Virus record (IMG/VR): IMGVR_UViG_3300050821_006962
Span: 27,133-91,132 of that record
DNA from: a virus
Lineage: Duplodnaviria; Heunggongvirae; Uroviricota; Caudoviricetes
Length of the DNA stretch: 64,000 nt
Reading direction: 5' to 3' (one strand)
The position numbers were made by a program, and so were the translations under genes. This document shows positions 1 through 7,030 of this stretch, one piece after another (position 1 is the first letter of the stretch; the number at the start of each line of letters is the position of its first letter). The notes below the pieces were generated by a model. It was not told the origin of the DNA and ran no database searches. It was given only the letters and a program-made list of their open reading frames with translations.

Positions 1-268
1 GCGTGGTCTCGGCATAAAGCGCGCGAGCCTTTGCAAGGCAAGACTGGTCGTACACGACTTCCTTCACGGCTTCCGGCTTCGGCTTTGAGCCCTGACGTAG
101 GCTCTCCAAATTCGAACCACCGTCCGAGGTTGTCTTCTCGGTCGCAGCCTGCGAATTACCCGGGGCCTTCAAACCGCCGTTGCCGCTCGGCTTCGAGCCG
201 TTGCGGAGCGTTGCTTCCGGACCTAGTGCTTCTGGCCCGGTCGTTCCCATCGTTGCTTGCTCACTCAT
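1..268 (-). CDS. hypothetical protein (C-terminally truncated by window edge), Gly/Pro/Ser-rich
   Basis: ATG at 268 preceded by AGGAG (revcomp of ctcct 275-279); open minus frame to position 1; the three overlapping + ORFs here are shadows of it. Confidence 0.5.
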   Translation of the reverse strand, partial: MSEQATMGTTGPEALGPEATLRNGSKPSGNGGLKAPGNSQAATEKTTSDGGSNLESLRQGSKPKPEAVKEVVYDQSCLAKARALYAETT

Positions 269-271
269 GAC

Positions 272-447
272 TTACTCCTGTTTCCTTGCTTCCCGAGCAA
301 CCGCGTACGGGGTCTTCTTGTGTACGTGCTCCGGGAGCGTATCAAACTTGCCTTTCGTCGCCTCATCCCACTCGTGCAGCCCTTTCTTGCCTAGAATTTC
401 CGGGTGCGCGTGTAGATAGCCCTGTTGGGCCTTGGACTCGAACGGCA
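272..447 (-). CDS. small hypothetical protein (58 aa)
   Basis: ATG 447 with AAGAGG RBS; stop TAA at 272-274; abuts the downstream start. Confidence 0.4.
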
Positions 448-744
448 TTAAGCCTCTTTTACTTCGTCGACGACGTGAATAACCTCATCGCCGCTTAGCA
501 CGCGCGCTTGGTTATTGGTCATCTTTTGTACTGCTTCTTCGATGTGGGCAAGGTGGTTCGTGAGAAGCGTTTGCATTCCGGCTTCCATCACGTCCATGTG
601 TTTCACCGTGCGATTAAAAAAGTGAGTGATTGCTTCATAAACCCCGCGCGCTTTCCACGACGCCGCGATAAGGGAGCCTACGATTGCAAAGTCTCTAACG
701 GATGATGAAATTTGCCCCAATGTTATGCTGGATGGGTCGAACAT
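448..744 (-). CDS. hypothetical protein
   Basis: ORF track 98 aa, start MFDPSS; tight packing with neighbours. Confidence 0.5.
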   Translation of the reverse strand: MFDPSSITLGQISSSVRDFAIVGSLIAASWKARGVYEAITHFFNRTVKHMDVMEAGMQTLLTNHLAHIEEAVQKMTNNQARVLSGDEVIHVVDEVKEA

Positions 745-878
745 GGGGTCCTTTAAAAATTTGTCGGGGCTATGACTCGACCTGCCGGGGATTTCACCCG
801 ATACCCGTGGTGGTCGCTTCTTGGAAGCGCCCCAGCCAACAGGGAAAAAGAAGGGGCGACTTGCGCCGCCCCAGAGGA

Positions 879-1484
879 TTACGACTCGATGGTGAACTGG
901 GTCAAGGATGCCTTGTTGGTTGCGTCCGTGGTTCCGAACGTTACGCCAACAACGAAGCCAAGCACTGCGCCTTGTGCCAACAACGGGTTACCCGCGTTGA
1001 AGTCCAAACCAGTTACGATGTTTGTAACAGTGGTCGGGGCAGTTACCGAGCCACGAATGAATGCTTCGTAGCTACCAATCAAAAGGCCGTTCGCGCCGTT
1101 GTTCGATGCGCCAACGAGTTCTACGTTCAAGCCCCACGGCTCTTGTGCGAAGAACGGGGTAATTGCGCCCGTGGTTGCAATCGAGGTGTAGGTCGGAGAT
1201 GCTACCGAGCCAGTCACCGCGTACAACTGAACAGTTACGGTACCCGATGGGTCGCCCGTGTCCGAGCCGAAGAAGCCGCTCGCCATCACGTTGAACTGCT
1301 GACCTTGGAACACGTTCTGCGCCGGAAGAAGCAATGCGCCTACCGGGCTGGTCGAAGACGGAGTCGAAGGTGCCACGCCGATGGACGGACCAATCGGACG
1401 AGGGAAATACTTAACTGTGGTTCCAAGGCCCCCGACTTTCGATGGGAACGCTCCGGATACCTGAAAATCCAATACATTACTCAT
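879..1484 (-). CDS. Gly/Thr/Ala/Ser-rich beta-type protein, possible virion fibre or secreted protein
   Basis: 201 aa ORF; RBS AAGGAAAAC upstream of the ATG at 1484; composition typical of phage fibre or adhesin domains. Confidence 0.6.
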   Translation of the reverse strand: MSNVLDFQVSGAFPSKVGGLGTTVKYFPRPIGPSIGVAPSTPSSTSPVGALLLPAQNVFQGQQFNVMASGFFGSDTGDPSGTVTVQLYAVTGSVASPTYTSIATTGAITPFFAQEPWGLNVELVGASNNGANGLLIGSYEAFIRGSVTAPTTVTNIVTGLDFNAGNPLLAQGAVLGFVVGVTFGTTDATNKASLTQFTIES

Positions 1485-1588
1485 TGTGTTTTCCTTATTT
1501 GTACGCCACCGAAACGGGAAACCGCCTCGGAGACGCTGTTTCAGAAATGCCGCCCTTAGACCGTACTGAGCGGATTGCTAGAAAATTT

Positions 1589-1885
1589 TTAGAAGTTACC
1601 TGCTTGAACGGGCGCGTTGTTTGCGTTCAACGCCGTGGGATTCAAATTAATGCCCGCGAAAGTTGCCGACCCATCGACTACTACTTGAACCGGGTGGTAA
1701 TAAACTTGGGCATTCAAAAACGCGCTGATGATGTAGGTGCCTGCCGCGAGACCCGCAATCGAATAATTTCCTGACGCGTCGCCGCCGCCAAAGCTAACCT
1801 GCTTCGTCAGAATGTTCAAGCACTGAACCTGCGCACCTAATGCTGCTGCGCCACCGACGTTACCGCTGATTGTTGAACCCGCCAT
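1589..1885 (-). CDS. Ig-like or carboxypeptidase-regulatory-like domain protein
   Basis: 98 aa; motif SGNYSIAGLAAGTYIISA; RBS GGAGATAAG. Confidence 0.55.
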   Translation of the reverse strand: MAGSTISGNVGGAAALGAQVQCLNILTKQVSFGGGDASGNYSIAGLAAGTYIISAFLNAQVYYHPVQVVVDGSATFAGINLNPTALNANNAPVQAGNF

Positions 1886-2003
1886 TTCTTATCTCCACAC
1901 CCAGCCACATGCTGGACAAACCTTGACCTCTCCTGATTTCTTTCTCAAGAGTAGTTTACAAACTGCACAAAGACGACTCCACATTGGGAGCCTCCCGCAG
2001 TTA

Positions 2004-2441
2004 TTAGCTGCCGTGCGAGACGCCTAGATAATCAAGCCAGTAGGAGATGTTGCCGCCGAGGTTGACGATTTGGAAGATGTCCGCTTGAGCGCCTTGGCCT
2101 ACTGAGGAGTTCCAGCGCCAAGCACTTGCGAACAGCTGAGCAGTCGAAGAGGAAGAGGTTCTGTCCCCGGCGTGGAAAACGCCTAGACGAGTACCGTTGG
2201 TGGGATTAACTGCGGGGTTGTGAACTACGCCGTTGGAGTCAACGTTCAAAGCCACGATTGGCGAGGGAGAATTCGGTGAGCCCGGTTCCGTTCCGGGTAC
2301 TGTGATTTGCAGCATGTCGAGGTTCTGACTCGCGATGCCGTTCGGTGTAACTTGAGGGAACGCGGTTATCAATGAAGCACCAAGAAATGTGCCGAGCACA
2401 TTATTCGGAACTCCGCCTGCCGTTGTAGTTGCTGCTGCCAT
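2004..2441 (-). CDS. Gly/Asn/Ser-rich hypothetical protein (possible structural)
   Basis: In-frame ATG at 2441 (MAAATTTAGG...) preceded by GGAGA; the longer ORF-track start at 2558 would overlap a tRNA. Confidence 0.6.
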   Translation of the reverse strand: MAAATTTAGGVPNNVLGTFLGASLITAFPQVTPNGIASQNLDMLQITVPGTEPGSPNSPSPIVALNVDSNGVVHNPAVNPTNGTRLGVFHAGDRTSSSSTAQLFASAWRWNSSVGQGAQADIFQIVNLGGNISYWLDYLGVSHGS

Positions 2442-2460
2442 GTTGTCTCCGTAAAATACA

Positions 2461-2483
2461 AAACCCCCTGAATGAGGGGGTTT
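2461..2483 (-). terminator. rho-independent terminator closing the tRNA operon
   Basis: Minus-strand RNA AAACCCCCU-CAUUC-AGGGGGUUU (9 bp stem) followed by UGUAUUUUAC; sits between the last tRNA and the RBS of the next CDS. Confidence 0.7.
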
Positions 2484-2498
2484 CGTTACAATGAATAT

Positions 2499-2573
2499 TG
2501 GTTGCGGCGGGTGGACTCGAACCACCATGAACGCTTTCAGAGAGCGCCATCCTGCCAATTGAATGACATCGCA
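2499..2573 (-). tRNA. tRNA-Gln(CUG)
   Basis: T-arm GGTGG-TTCGAGT-CCACC, anticodon loop CTCTGAA, U1-A72, encoded CCA; one A.C in the acceptor stem. Confidence 0.6.
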
Positions 2574-2672
2574 ACAGAAATAAATGTCGTCCCCACTGGG
2601 GCGATGGGGTCCCTTTTCCTTGGAGGGTCGCTACGCGTTTGCTTTCTCCAAGTACCAGACCGACGACAAGAT

Positions 2673-2748
2673 TGGTTGGGTAAGAAGGATTCGAACCTTC
2701 ACCTGAGTGATTCAAAGTCACCCGTTCTACCAGTTAAACTATCGCCCA
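2673..2748 (-). tRNA. tRNA-Gln(UUG)
   Basis: D arm GTTT-AACTGGTAG-AAC, anticodon loop CTTTGAA, T-arm GAAGG-TTCGAAT-CCTTC, CCA encoded. Confidence 0.6.
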
Positions 2749-2756
2749 ACAGAAAA

Positions 2757-2836
2757 TGGAAGCCTCGAACACGACGCAACGCGTATGACCTTTCGGTTAA
2801 ATGCCGAATGCTCTTATCGCTCTGAGCTACCGAGGC
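2757..2836 (-). tRNA. tRNA-like gene, possible Lys(UUU) pseudogene
   Basis: Classic GCCTCGG-TA-GCTC D-arm start and a perfect acceptor stem, but T-loop TTGCGTC, A33 and a 3' UUCCA; probably degenerate. Confidence 0.35.
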
Positions 2837-2845
2837 ACAGAAAAT

Positions 2846-2919
2846 TGGTCCCAAGTCGTGGAGTCGAACCACGCCTACCAGTGTTTCAAACTGGGGTGCT
2901 ACCCTCACACTCACAGGGG
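2846..2919 (-). tRNA. tRNA-Phe(GAA)
   Basis: Anticodon stem CCAGT/ACTGG with loop TTGAAAC; T-arm CGTGG-TTCGACT-CCACG; CCA. Confidence 0.55.
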
Positions 2920-2920
2920 A

Positions 2921-3005
2921 TGGAGGAAGAGAACAGAATCGAACTGTCGTCCTTTCAGACGGTCGGGTGTTCGAAACCCGTTGCGAGCCATTCGCACTGT
3001 CTTCC
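2921..3005 (-). tRNA. tRNA-Ser(CGA)
   Basis: Type II; anticodon loop TTCGAAC; long variable arm ACCGTCTGAAAGGACG; CCA. Confidence 0.65.
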
Positions 3006-3010
3006 GTAAA

Positions 3011-3099
3011 TGGCGGACTGGTAGACGAATCGAACGCCCCCGTATCTCTACGAGCCTCCGGGTTCAAACCGGATTGCACACCGTTGCGCGGTACCATCC
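3011..3099 (-). tRNA. tRNA-Ser(UGA)
   Basis: Type II; anticodon stem TCCGG/CCGGA with loop TTTGAAC; long variable arm. Confidence 0.6.
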
Positions 3100-3106
3100 A
3101 TAAACT

Positions 3107-3194
3107 TGGCGGATGATGTGAGATTCGAACTCACTCGGGCTTTCACCCGCTGGTTTAGCAAACCAGTACGACACTCCGGCTTCGCCGACCATCC
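3107..3194 (-). tRNA. tRNA-Ser(GCU)
   Basis: Type II; anticodon loop TTGCTAA; T-arm GTGAG-TTCGAAT-CTCAC; acceptor GGATGGT/ATCATCC. Confidence 0.65.
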
Positions 3195-3200
3195 GTAAAC

Positions 3201-3617
3201 TTAAACTCCTAGCATCTTGCTGAGCTGCGCGACGCGCGACTTGGCTCTTTCCAAATCCCCGCTCGCTGCTTTGAATCCGTGATTCGGCTGAAACCCGTTC
3301 AGCCACTTGCACATCAGCTTGCCCCACAGCTTGCCTTCTTGCTGCGCGCGCCAGCTGTGCGTTGAAATCGTTTCGTCCTGCTGGCCTCGAAGAATCGTAA
3401 CATTGAACCAGATATCGAACGCGACCAGCGCTCGATGAGGCCAACCTTCTTTAGATGCCGTCAACTCTTGCGCCGCGACCTGCTGTGCCCCGGCCCACGG
3501 CACATACAGCCCGCGATATTTGTTAATTACACCAAATATGGTGGATACCGCAATCAAGCCGAGAACCGCACCGCTGAAAATTTCGCCAGTCAGCAACAGC
3601 TTATGAAGTGCGTCCAT
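3201..3617 (-). CDS. small membrane protein (N-terminal TM helix)
   Basis: 138 aa ORF inside the tRNA array; AAGAGG RBS 5 nt upstream of the ATG at 3617. Confidence 0.5.
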   Translation of the reverse strand: MDALHKLLLTGEIFSGAVLGLIAVSTIFGVINKYRGLYVPWAGAQQVAAQELTASKEGWPHRALVAFDIWFNVTILRGQQDETISTHSWRAQQEGKLWGKLMCKWLNGFQPNHGFKAASGDLERAKSRVAQLSKMLGV

Positions 3618-3633
3618 CGGAGCCTCTTAAATT

Positions 3634-3706
3634 GGCAGGAAGCGTAGGAGTCGAACCCACTCTCTCCGGGTTGGAGCCGGATGTGCTACCGCAACACTTG
3701 CAACCT
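3634..3706 (-). tRNA. tRNA-Trp(CCA)
   Basis: Anticodon stem TCCGG/CCGGA with loop CTCCAAC; D stem GTGT/GCAC; CCA; two U.U in the acceptor stem. Confidence 0.55.
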
Positions 3707-3769
3707 GTAGAAAATCTGAGCTTCCTATTTCACCGCGTGGCTGGCCGTGTCACAGCCCTTTGGACTCAC

Positions 3770-3880
3770 GTTGAAATCACCCGCTCCCAGTGGGATTCGA
3801 ACTCACACGCGGACACGATGGACGAATGCTGTCTAGGTCAGCACGTACGGACTAAGCCGCCTTCGTATCTACCTCGTACT
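3770..3880 (-). pseudogene. degenerate tRNA-like element
   Basis: T-arm-like GTGAG-TTCGAAT-CCCAC and an anticodon-like hairpin TGCTG-ACCTAGA-CAGCA (would read CUA), but no matching 5' acceptor strand and no CCA. Confidence 0.25.
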
Positions 3881-3951
3881 AGATGCGCCTTGCCGTTCGG
3901 CGTCATGGTCCCTCGCGTTTTTCAGGCGCGAGAGAAAAGAATGGTGGATGA

Positions 3952-4030
3952 TGAGGGATTCGAACTCTCTATGGCCCAAGGGCCAACAGGGTTACAGCCT
4001 GCCGCGCCACTCCAACTGCGCCGCTCATCC
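3952..4030 (-). tRNA. tRNA-Tyr(GUA)
   Basis: Anticodon loop CTGTAAC; long variable arm TGGCCCTTGGGCCAT; CCA. Confidence 0.65.
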
Positions 4031-4035
4031 AAACT

Positions 4036-4109
4036 TGGAGCCTCGTCGAGGAATCGGACCCCGGCGTCCTCTTTACGAAAGAGGCGTCATACCACTAGAC
4101 CAACAAGGC
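4036..4109 (-). tRNA. tRNA-Thr(CGU)
   Basis: Anticodon stem CCTCT/AGAGG with loop TTCGTAA; T-loop TCCGATT; CCA. Confidence 0.6.
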
Positions 4110-4115
4110 AAAAAT

Positions 4116-4191
4116 TGGAGCACCGCATTCGATTCGAACGAATGTGACCGAGGTACAAGCTCGGTATACTGGACCGCTGTATGAGCAGTGC
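4116..4191 (-). tRNA. tRNA-Thr(UGU)
   Basis: D stem ATAC/GTAT; anticodon loop CTTGTAC; T-arm ATTCG-TTCGAAT-CGAAT. Confidence 0.6.
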
Positions 4192-4192
4192 A

Positions 4193-4266
4193 TGGAGCCG
4201 AAGGCAGGAATCGGACCTGCGCTTGTTCTTTACCAAAGAACTGTTCTACCACTATACTACATCGAC
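4193..4266 (-). tRNA. tRNA-Thr(GGU)
   Basis: Anticodon stem GTTCT/AGAAC with loop TTGGTAA; T-arm GCAGG-TCCGATT-CCTGC. Confidence 0.6.
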
Positions 4267-4275
4267 TCAGAAAAT

Positions 4276-4350
4276 TGGAGCGAAGTGCGGGAAGTCGAAC
4301 CCGCGCCTAGACGTTGGCAACGTCTCGTGCTACCATTATACCAACCTCGC
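4276..4350 (-). tRNA. tRNA-Gly(GCC)
   Basis: Anticodon stem AGACG/CGTCT with loop TTGCCAA; CCA. Confidence 0.6.
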
Positions 4351-4358
4351 CCTGAAAC

Positions 4359-4432
4359 TGGAGCGGCGTCACGGACTCGAACCGAGACGAAGAGTTTGGA
4401 AAACTCCAATGCTACCATTACATCAACACCGC
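4359..4432 (-). tRNA. tRNA-Gly(UCC)
   Basis: Anticodon stem GGAGT/ACTCT with loop TTTCCAA; D arm ATGT-AATGGTA-GCAT. Confidence 0.6.
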
Positions 4433-4440
4433 TCAAAACT

Positions 4441-4529
4441 TGGTTGCGCAGAAGGGATTCGAACCCTTGGTGTCCTTTCGGATTCCAGCTTATGAGACTG
4501 GCGACATCGGCCATCTAGTCGACCGCGCA
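4441..4529 (-). tRNA. tRNA-Met/Ile2(CAU) with a 16-nt variable arm
   Basis: Anticodon loop CTCATAA matches elongator Met; acceptor TGCGCGG/CTGCGCA; unusual 16-nt variable region AATCCGAAAGGACACC. Confidence 0.5.
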
Positions 4530-4538
4530 ACAGAAAAA

Positions 4539-4612
4539 TGGTTGACGAGGAGTGAATCGAACACTCTCTTATTCCTTATCAGAGAATCGTCCTGCCGTTA
4601 GACGACTCGTCA
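4539..4612 (-). tRNA. tRNA-Ile(GAU)
   Basis: Perfect acceptor TGACGAG/CTCGTCA; anticodon loop CTGATAA; T-arm GAGTG-TTCGATT-CACTC. Confidence 0.65.
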
Positions 4613-4621
4613 ACTGAAAAT

Positions 4622-4698
4622 TGGTGGACCATAAGGGACTCGAACCCTCATTATTCCTCGGTGCAAGCGAGGTGCCATCCCAATTAGGCGAACGGCCC
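4622..4698 (-). tRNA. tRNA-Ala(UGC)
   Basis: Anticodon stem CCTCG/CGAGG with loop CTTGCAC; the G3.U70 Ala identity pair is present. Confidence 0.65.
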
Positions 4699-4708
4699 AC
4701 AGTAAAAT

Positions 4709-4784
4709 TGGTACTCGCGGCGGGATTTCAACCCGCGTTCTCGCCTTGAAAGGGCGGCGTCCTAGAGCACTAGACGACATGAGC
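4709..4784 (-). tRNA. tRNA-Glu(UUC)
   Basis: Body closely resembles E. coli tRNA-Glu (TC-GTCTAG...CTAGGAC, GCCGCCCTTTCAAGGCG); T-loop TTGAAAT. Confidence 0.6.
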
Positions 4785-4854
4785 ACTGAAACTTCTTGCC
4801 GCCTCCTGTTATCCCGGCCCCTTTCGGACCCCGGGTTTCCTGAACGGCAAAACT

Positions 4855-4928
4855 TGGTAGCGATGGCGAGAATCGAACTCGCGCTACTTGGTTGAGAACC
4901 AAGCGACCTGCCACTAATCGACAACGCC
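4855..4928 (-). tRNA. tRNA-Glu(CUC) (tentative)
   Basis: Anticodon stem CTTGG/CCAAG with loop TTCTCAA; T-arm GCGAG-TTCGATT-CTCGC; CCA. Confidence 0.5.
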
Positions 4929-4930
4929 AT

Positions 4931-5005
4931 TGGTGCCTCGTGGTGGAATCGGACCACCGTCTCAAGTTTATAAGACTTGGGCCTTCGCCATTAGACGAAC
5001 GAGGA
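4931..5005 (-). tRNA. tRNA-Ile(UAU) (tentative)
   Basis: Anticodon stem CAAGT/ACTTG with loop CTTATAA; T-arm GGTGG-TCCGATT-CCACC. Confidence 0.5.
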
Positions 5006-5013
5006 ATAGAAAT

Positions 5014-5089
5014 TGGTACCCAATCAGAGAATCGAACTCTGCCAGCCTCTTTGTAGGAGAGGTTCATACGACCAGTTTGATAATCGGGT
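5014..5089 (-). tRNA. tRNA-Val(UAC)
   Basis: Anticodon stem CCTCT/AGAGG with loop CCTACAA; acceptor ACCCGAT/ATTGGGT. Confidence 0.55.
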
Positions 5090-5171
5090 AGAAAATTTGG
5101 TGACAGTATTGTGTACCGGGGGAATCACCGTGCCCGCCTCTTGCGTTTTTGCTATCGGCTGAGACTGCCGT

Positions 5172-5339
5172 TTATAAATTCGTTTTGTACCAACGCTGGC
5201 CCATCGAAGACCACTGATAAACAATCTTGCAATCTTCGCACTTCACGACAGTCTCGCGGTCGGGTTGAACTTTACCCTCGACATACTTTCCGCACTGACA
5301 CATCAGACCTACAGACCGTGATGTTTTGTGAAGGCTCAT
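5172..5339 (-). CDS. small Zn-ribbon protein (55 aa, CxC...CxxC)
   Basis: MSLHKTSRSVGLMCQCGKYVEG...KCEDCKIVYQW; shares CxCGK...YQW with the ORF at 6041-6181. Confidence 0.35.
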   Translation of the reverse strand: MSLHKTSRSVGLMCQCGKYVEGKVQPDRETVVKCEDCKIVYQWSSMGQRWYKTNL

Positions 5340-5344
5340 AAACT

Positions 5345-5420
5345 TGGTGCATCGCCGGGGACTTGAACCCCGACCTCAGCGCTTAAAAGGCGCGCCATCT
5401 GCCGCTCGATATCGCAATGC
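5345..5420 (-). tRNA. tRNA-Lys(UUU)
   Basis: Anticodon loop CTTTTAA; T-arm CGGGG-TTCAAGT-CCCCG; CCA. Confidence 0.6.
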
Positions 5421-5430
5421 ACTGAAAATT

Positions 5431-5506
5431 TGGTCGACCGCCTCGGACTTGAACCGAGACCGTGTTCCTTAAGAGGGAATCATTCTGCCACTCGAAATCG
5501 CAGTCG
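5431..5506 (-). tRNA. tRNA-Lys(CUU)
   Basis: Anticodon loop CTCTTAA; T-arm CTCGG-TTCAAGT-CCGAG; acceptor CGACTGC/GCGGTCG. Confidence 0.6.
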
Positions 5507-5514
5507 ACTGAATT

Positions 5515-5586
5515 TGGTTGCGCGATAGCCCGGGTTCTGTCTAGGACGAACATTCCTCTGAGCCAGCTACCCGACCTTCATCACGC
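5515..5586 (-). pseudogene. short tRNA-like element (no canonical T-loop)
   Basis: Good acceptor pairing GCGTGAT/ATCGCGC plus ACCA, but only 69 nt and no TTCGA loop. Confidence 0.25.
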
Positions 5587-5869
5587 TCAACAAGCGCTCC
5601 GGTCCTATTTGCTGTTGCATCCGTGTGGAGTGCCTTCGCTTGAATGACTCAGGTATCTACGCTAACATTTCTGCTGCTCTCGCTGAGTACGAAGCCTTAC
5701 CCGTCCGCTTACGCGGCCCGCAACTTCCACGGCACGATGTTGAGTTATGCCCGGAACTTCCTCCAGCGCTTGCGCGCCAGCGTTCGTCTACGCTACCAAA
5801 AAGTAGGCAGTCTTTCGTTGACGCCAGAACGATTCGGCATTTGTGTCTGAACTGTTTCGCCGACAAACT

Positions 5870-5944
5870 TGGAGAACCGGGTCAGAGTCAAACTGACCAA
5901 TAGCGGGTTTGCAATCCGCCGCCTAATCGATTGGCTTCCGATTC
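5870..5944 (-). tRNA. tRNA-Cys(GCA)
   Basis: Anticodon arm GCGGATTGCAAACCCGC, near-identical to the E. coli Cys arm; discriminator U; CCA. Confidence 0.65.
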
Positions 5945-5949
5945 AAACT

Positions 5950-6035
5950 TGGTGCGCGTCGAGGGAGTCGGACCCTCACACCCAAAGGGGTAGCGCGTTT
6001 TAAGTGCGCCGCGTATGCCATTCCGCCACACGCGC
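5950..6035 (-). tRNA. tRNA-Leu(UAA)
   Basis: Type II; anticodon loop CTTAAAA; T-arm GAGGG-TCCGACT-CCCTC; acceptor GCGCGTG/GACGCGC. Confidence 0.65.
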
Positions 6036-6040
6036 AAAGC

Positions 6041-6181
6041 TTACTTGATGACCTCTAGCCACTGATAGCGAGTTCCGCAAGAGCAAGACGCCCAAACTTT
6101 TCTCATGCGATAGCCTGAGATAAATTTCTTGATTCGTCTCTTTACTCGATTAAATTTTTTACCACAAACGCAGGTCATCAT
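6041..6181 (-). CDS. small Zn-ribbon protein (46 aa), paralog of 5172-5339
   Basis: MMTCVCGKKFNRVKRRIKKF...SCSCGTRYQW; internal start of the 97-aa ORF-track entry, whose longer version would overlap tRNAs. Confidence 0.4.
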   Translation of the reverse strand: MMTCVCGKKFNRVKRRIKKFISGYRMRKVWASCSCGTRYQWLEVIK

Positions 6182-6187
6182 AAAACT

Positions 6188-6271
6188 TGGTCGCCCACCA
6201 CGGAGTCGAACCGTGACGCCCGAAGGCACGGGGTTTTGAATCCCGCGCGTCTGCCAGTTCCGCCAGCAGGC
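6188..6271 (-). tRNA. tRNA-Leu(CAA)
   Basis: Type II; anticodon loop TTCAAAA; variable arm TGCCTTCGGGCGT; T-arm CACGG-TTCGACT-CCGTG. Confidence 0.65.
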
Positions 6272-6279
6272 GATAAAAC

Positions 6280-6355
6280 TTGGAGGGCCACCGGGGAGTC
6301 GAACCCCGCTCCTAGCGTTCGTAGCGCTATGCAATTTCCGATATACGAGCAGCCC
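6280..6355 (-). tRNA. tRNA-Arg(ACG)
   Basis: Anticodon stem TAGCG/CGCTA with loop CTACGAA; T-arm CGGGG-TTCGACT-CCCCG. Confidence 0.65.
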
Positions 6356-6445
6356 TCAGAAATCGGAATCGTGTTTGCTCTGAACCACAGAGATTACCGC
6401 GCCTTGCAGCCGAAGCTGGCGAAGGACTTGACGCGACACAAATAT

Positions 6446-6523
6446 TGGAACACTCGGAGAGATTCGAACTCTCTTTGGTACGGGTTAGAACGCCGTTGGG
6501 ATATCCAGTTTCCCGACGAGTGC
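6446..6523 (-). tRNA. tRNA-Arg(UCU)
   Basis: D arm GGGA-AACTGGATA-TCCC; anticodon TTCTAA; T-arm GAGAG-TTCGAAT-CTCTC. Confidence 0.6.
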
Positions 6524-6669
6524 TCAGAAATTTTCGGGGTGCTGACGTGCCCTTAGACCGGAACCTTTTACGCGGGTCCGCACGGAGTGTGTCGCGAATC
6601 ACTTACGCGCTGGCTTAGGCAAGAAGACAGTACTCGTCCGTTCTCTGGCTCACGGAAGCCTTTGCAAAT

Positions 6670-6783
6670 TTACAGCGCGATGATTCGCGCGATGATTGGA
6701 TACTTACGGCAAACCCACAGCAGCACAAAAGGCGCTGCGGATGTGAACGAGACCGCAATCAGATACTTCTCGAAGAAGGTCAT
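6670..6783 (-). CDS. 37-aa hydrophobic membrane peptide
   Basis: GGGAGG RBS 5 nt upstream of the ATG at 6783; MTFFEKYLIAVSFTSAAPFVLLWVCRKYPIIARIIAL. Confidence 0.4.
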   Translation of the reverse strand: MTFFEKYLIAVSFTSAAPFVLLWVCRKYPIIARIIAL

Positions 6784-6844
6784 GAGAACCTCCCTTCTTA
6801 AATTTGGGCCGAGATTACAGCTCGACCCGCTCTACATGCAAACT

Positions 6845-6929
6845 TGGTACCCCGCACAGGAGTCGAACCTGCACGACCGAAGTCACTGGTTCCTAAGACC
6901 AGCGCGTCTCCCAATTCCGCCAACAGGGC
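6845..6929 (-). tRNA. tRNA-Leu(UAG)
   Basis: Type II; anticodon stem CTGGT/ACCAG with loop CTTAGGA; variable arm TGACTTCGGTCGT. Confidence 0.6.
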
Positions 6930-6930
6930 A

Positions 6931-7020
6931 CTGAAAATCTGCCGAGCGTTCTACCATTAAACTACGTGCGAGCAAGCTCACACGGCGGGACTCGAACCCG
7001 CACCTCTCAGCTCATCTGCC
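6931..7020 (-). other. tRNA 3' half followed by a tRNA 5' half (permuted order) joined by a perfect acceptor hairpin
   Basis: Minus RNA reads ...CUGAG-AGGU-GCGGG-UUCGAGU-CCCGC-CGUGUGA-G-CUUGC-UCGCACG-UA-GUUU-AAUGGUAG-AAC-G-CUCGG-CAGAUUUUCAG. The acceptor strands CGUGUGA/UCGCACG pair 7/7; GGCAGAU is duplicated in both halves. Confidence 0.4.
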
Positions 7021-7030
7021 ACCCGAACAA

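Noticed and set aside
2401-3444. Minus-strand ORFs 2401-2721, 2699-3097 and 3064-3444 overlapping tRNA genes
   Set aside because: They are read through tRNA sequences on the same strand and have no start context. tRNAs explain the sequence better.
3608-4147. 179-aa plus-strand ORF, plus neighbouring plus ORFs across 2472-8471
   Set aside because: They run antisense through multiple tRNA genes, are Arg/Pro-rich and have no RBS. They are artefacts of GC-rich tRNA DNA.
5090-5171. Possible tRNA after an AUUUGG anchor at 5098
   Set aside because: No TTCGA or TCCGA T-loop and no acceptor complementarity. The region instead encodes the N-terminus of the small Zn-ribbon ORF on the same strand.
6356-6445. 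Possible tRNA between Arg(ACG) and Arg(UCU)
   Set aside because: Only a TTCG tetraloop hairpin (CAGC-UUCG-GCUG) and a 5-nt-loop stem. No T-loop, no acceptor pairing and no CCA.
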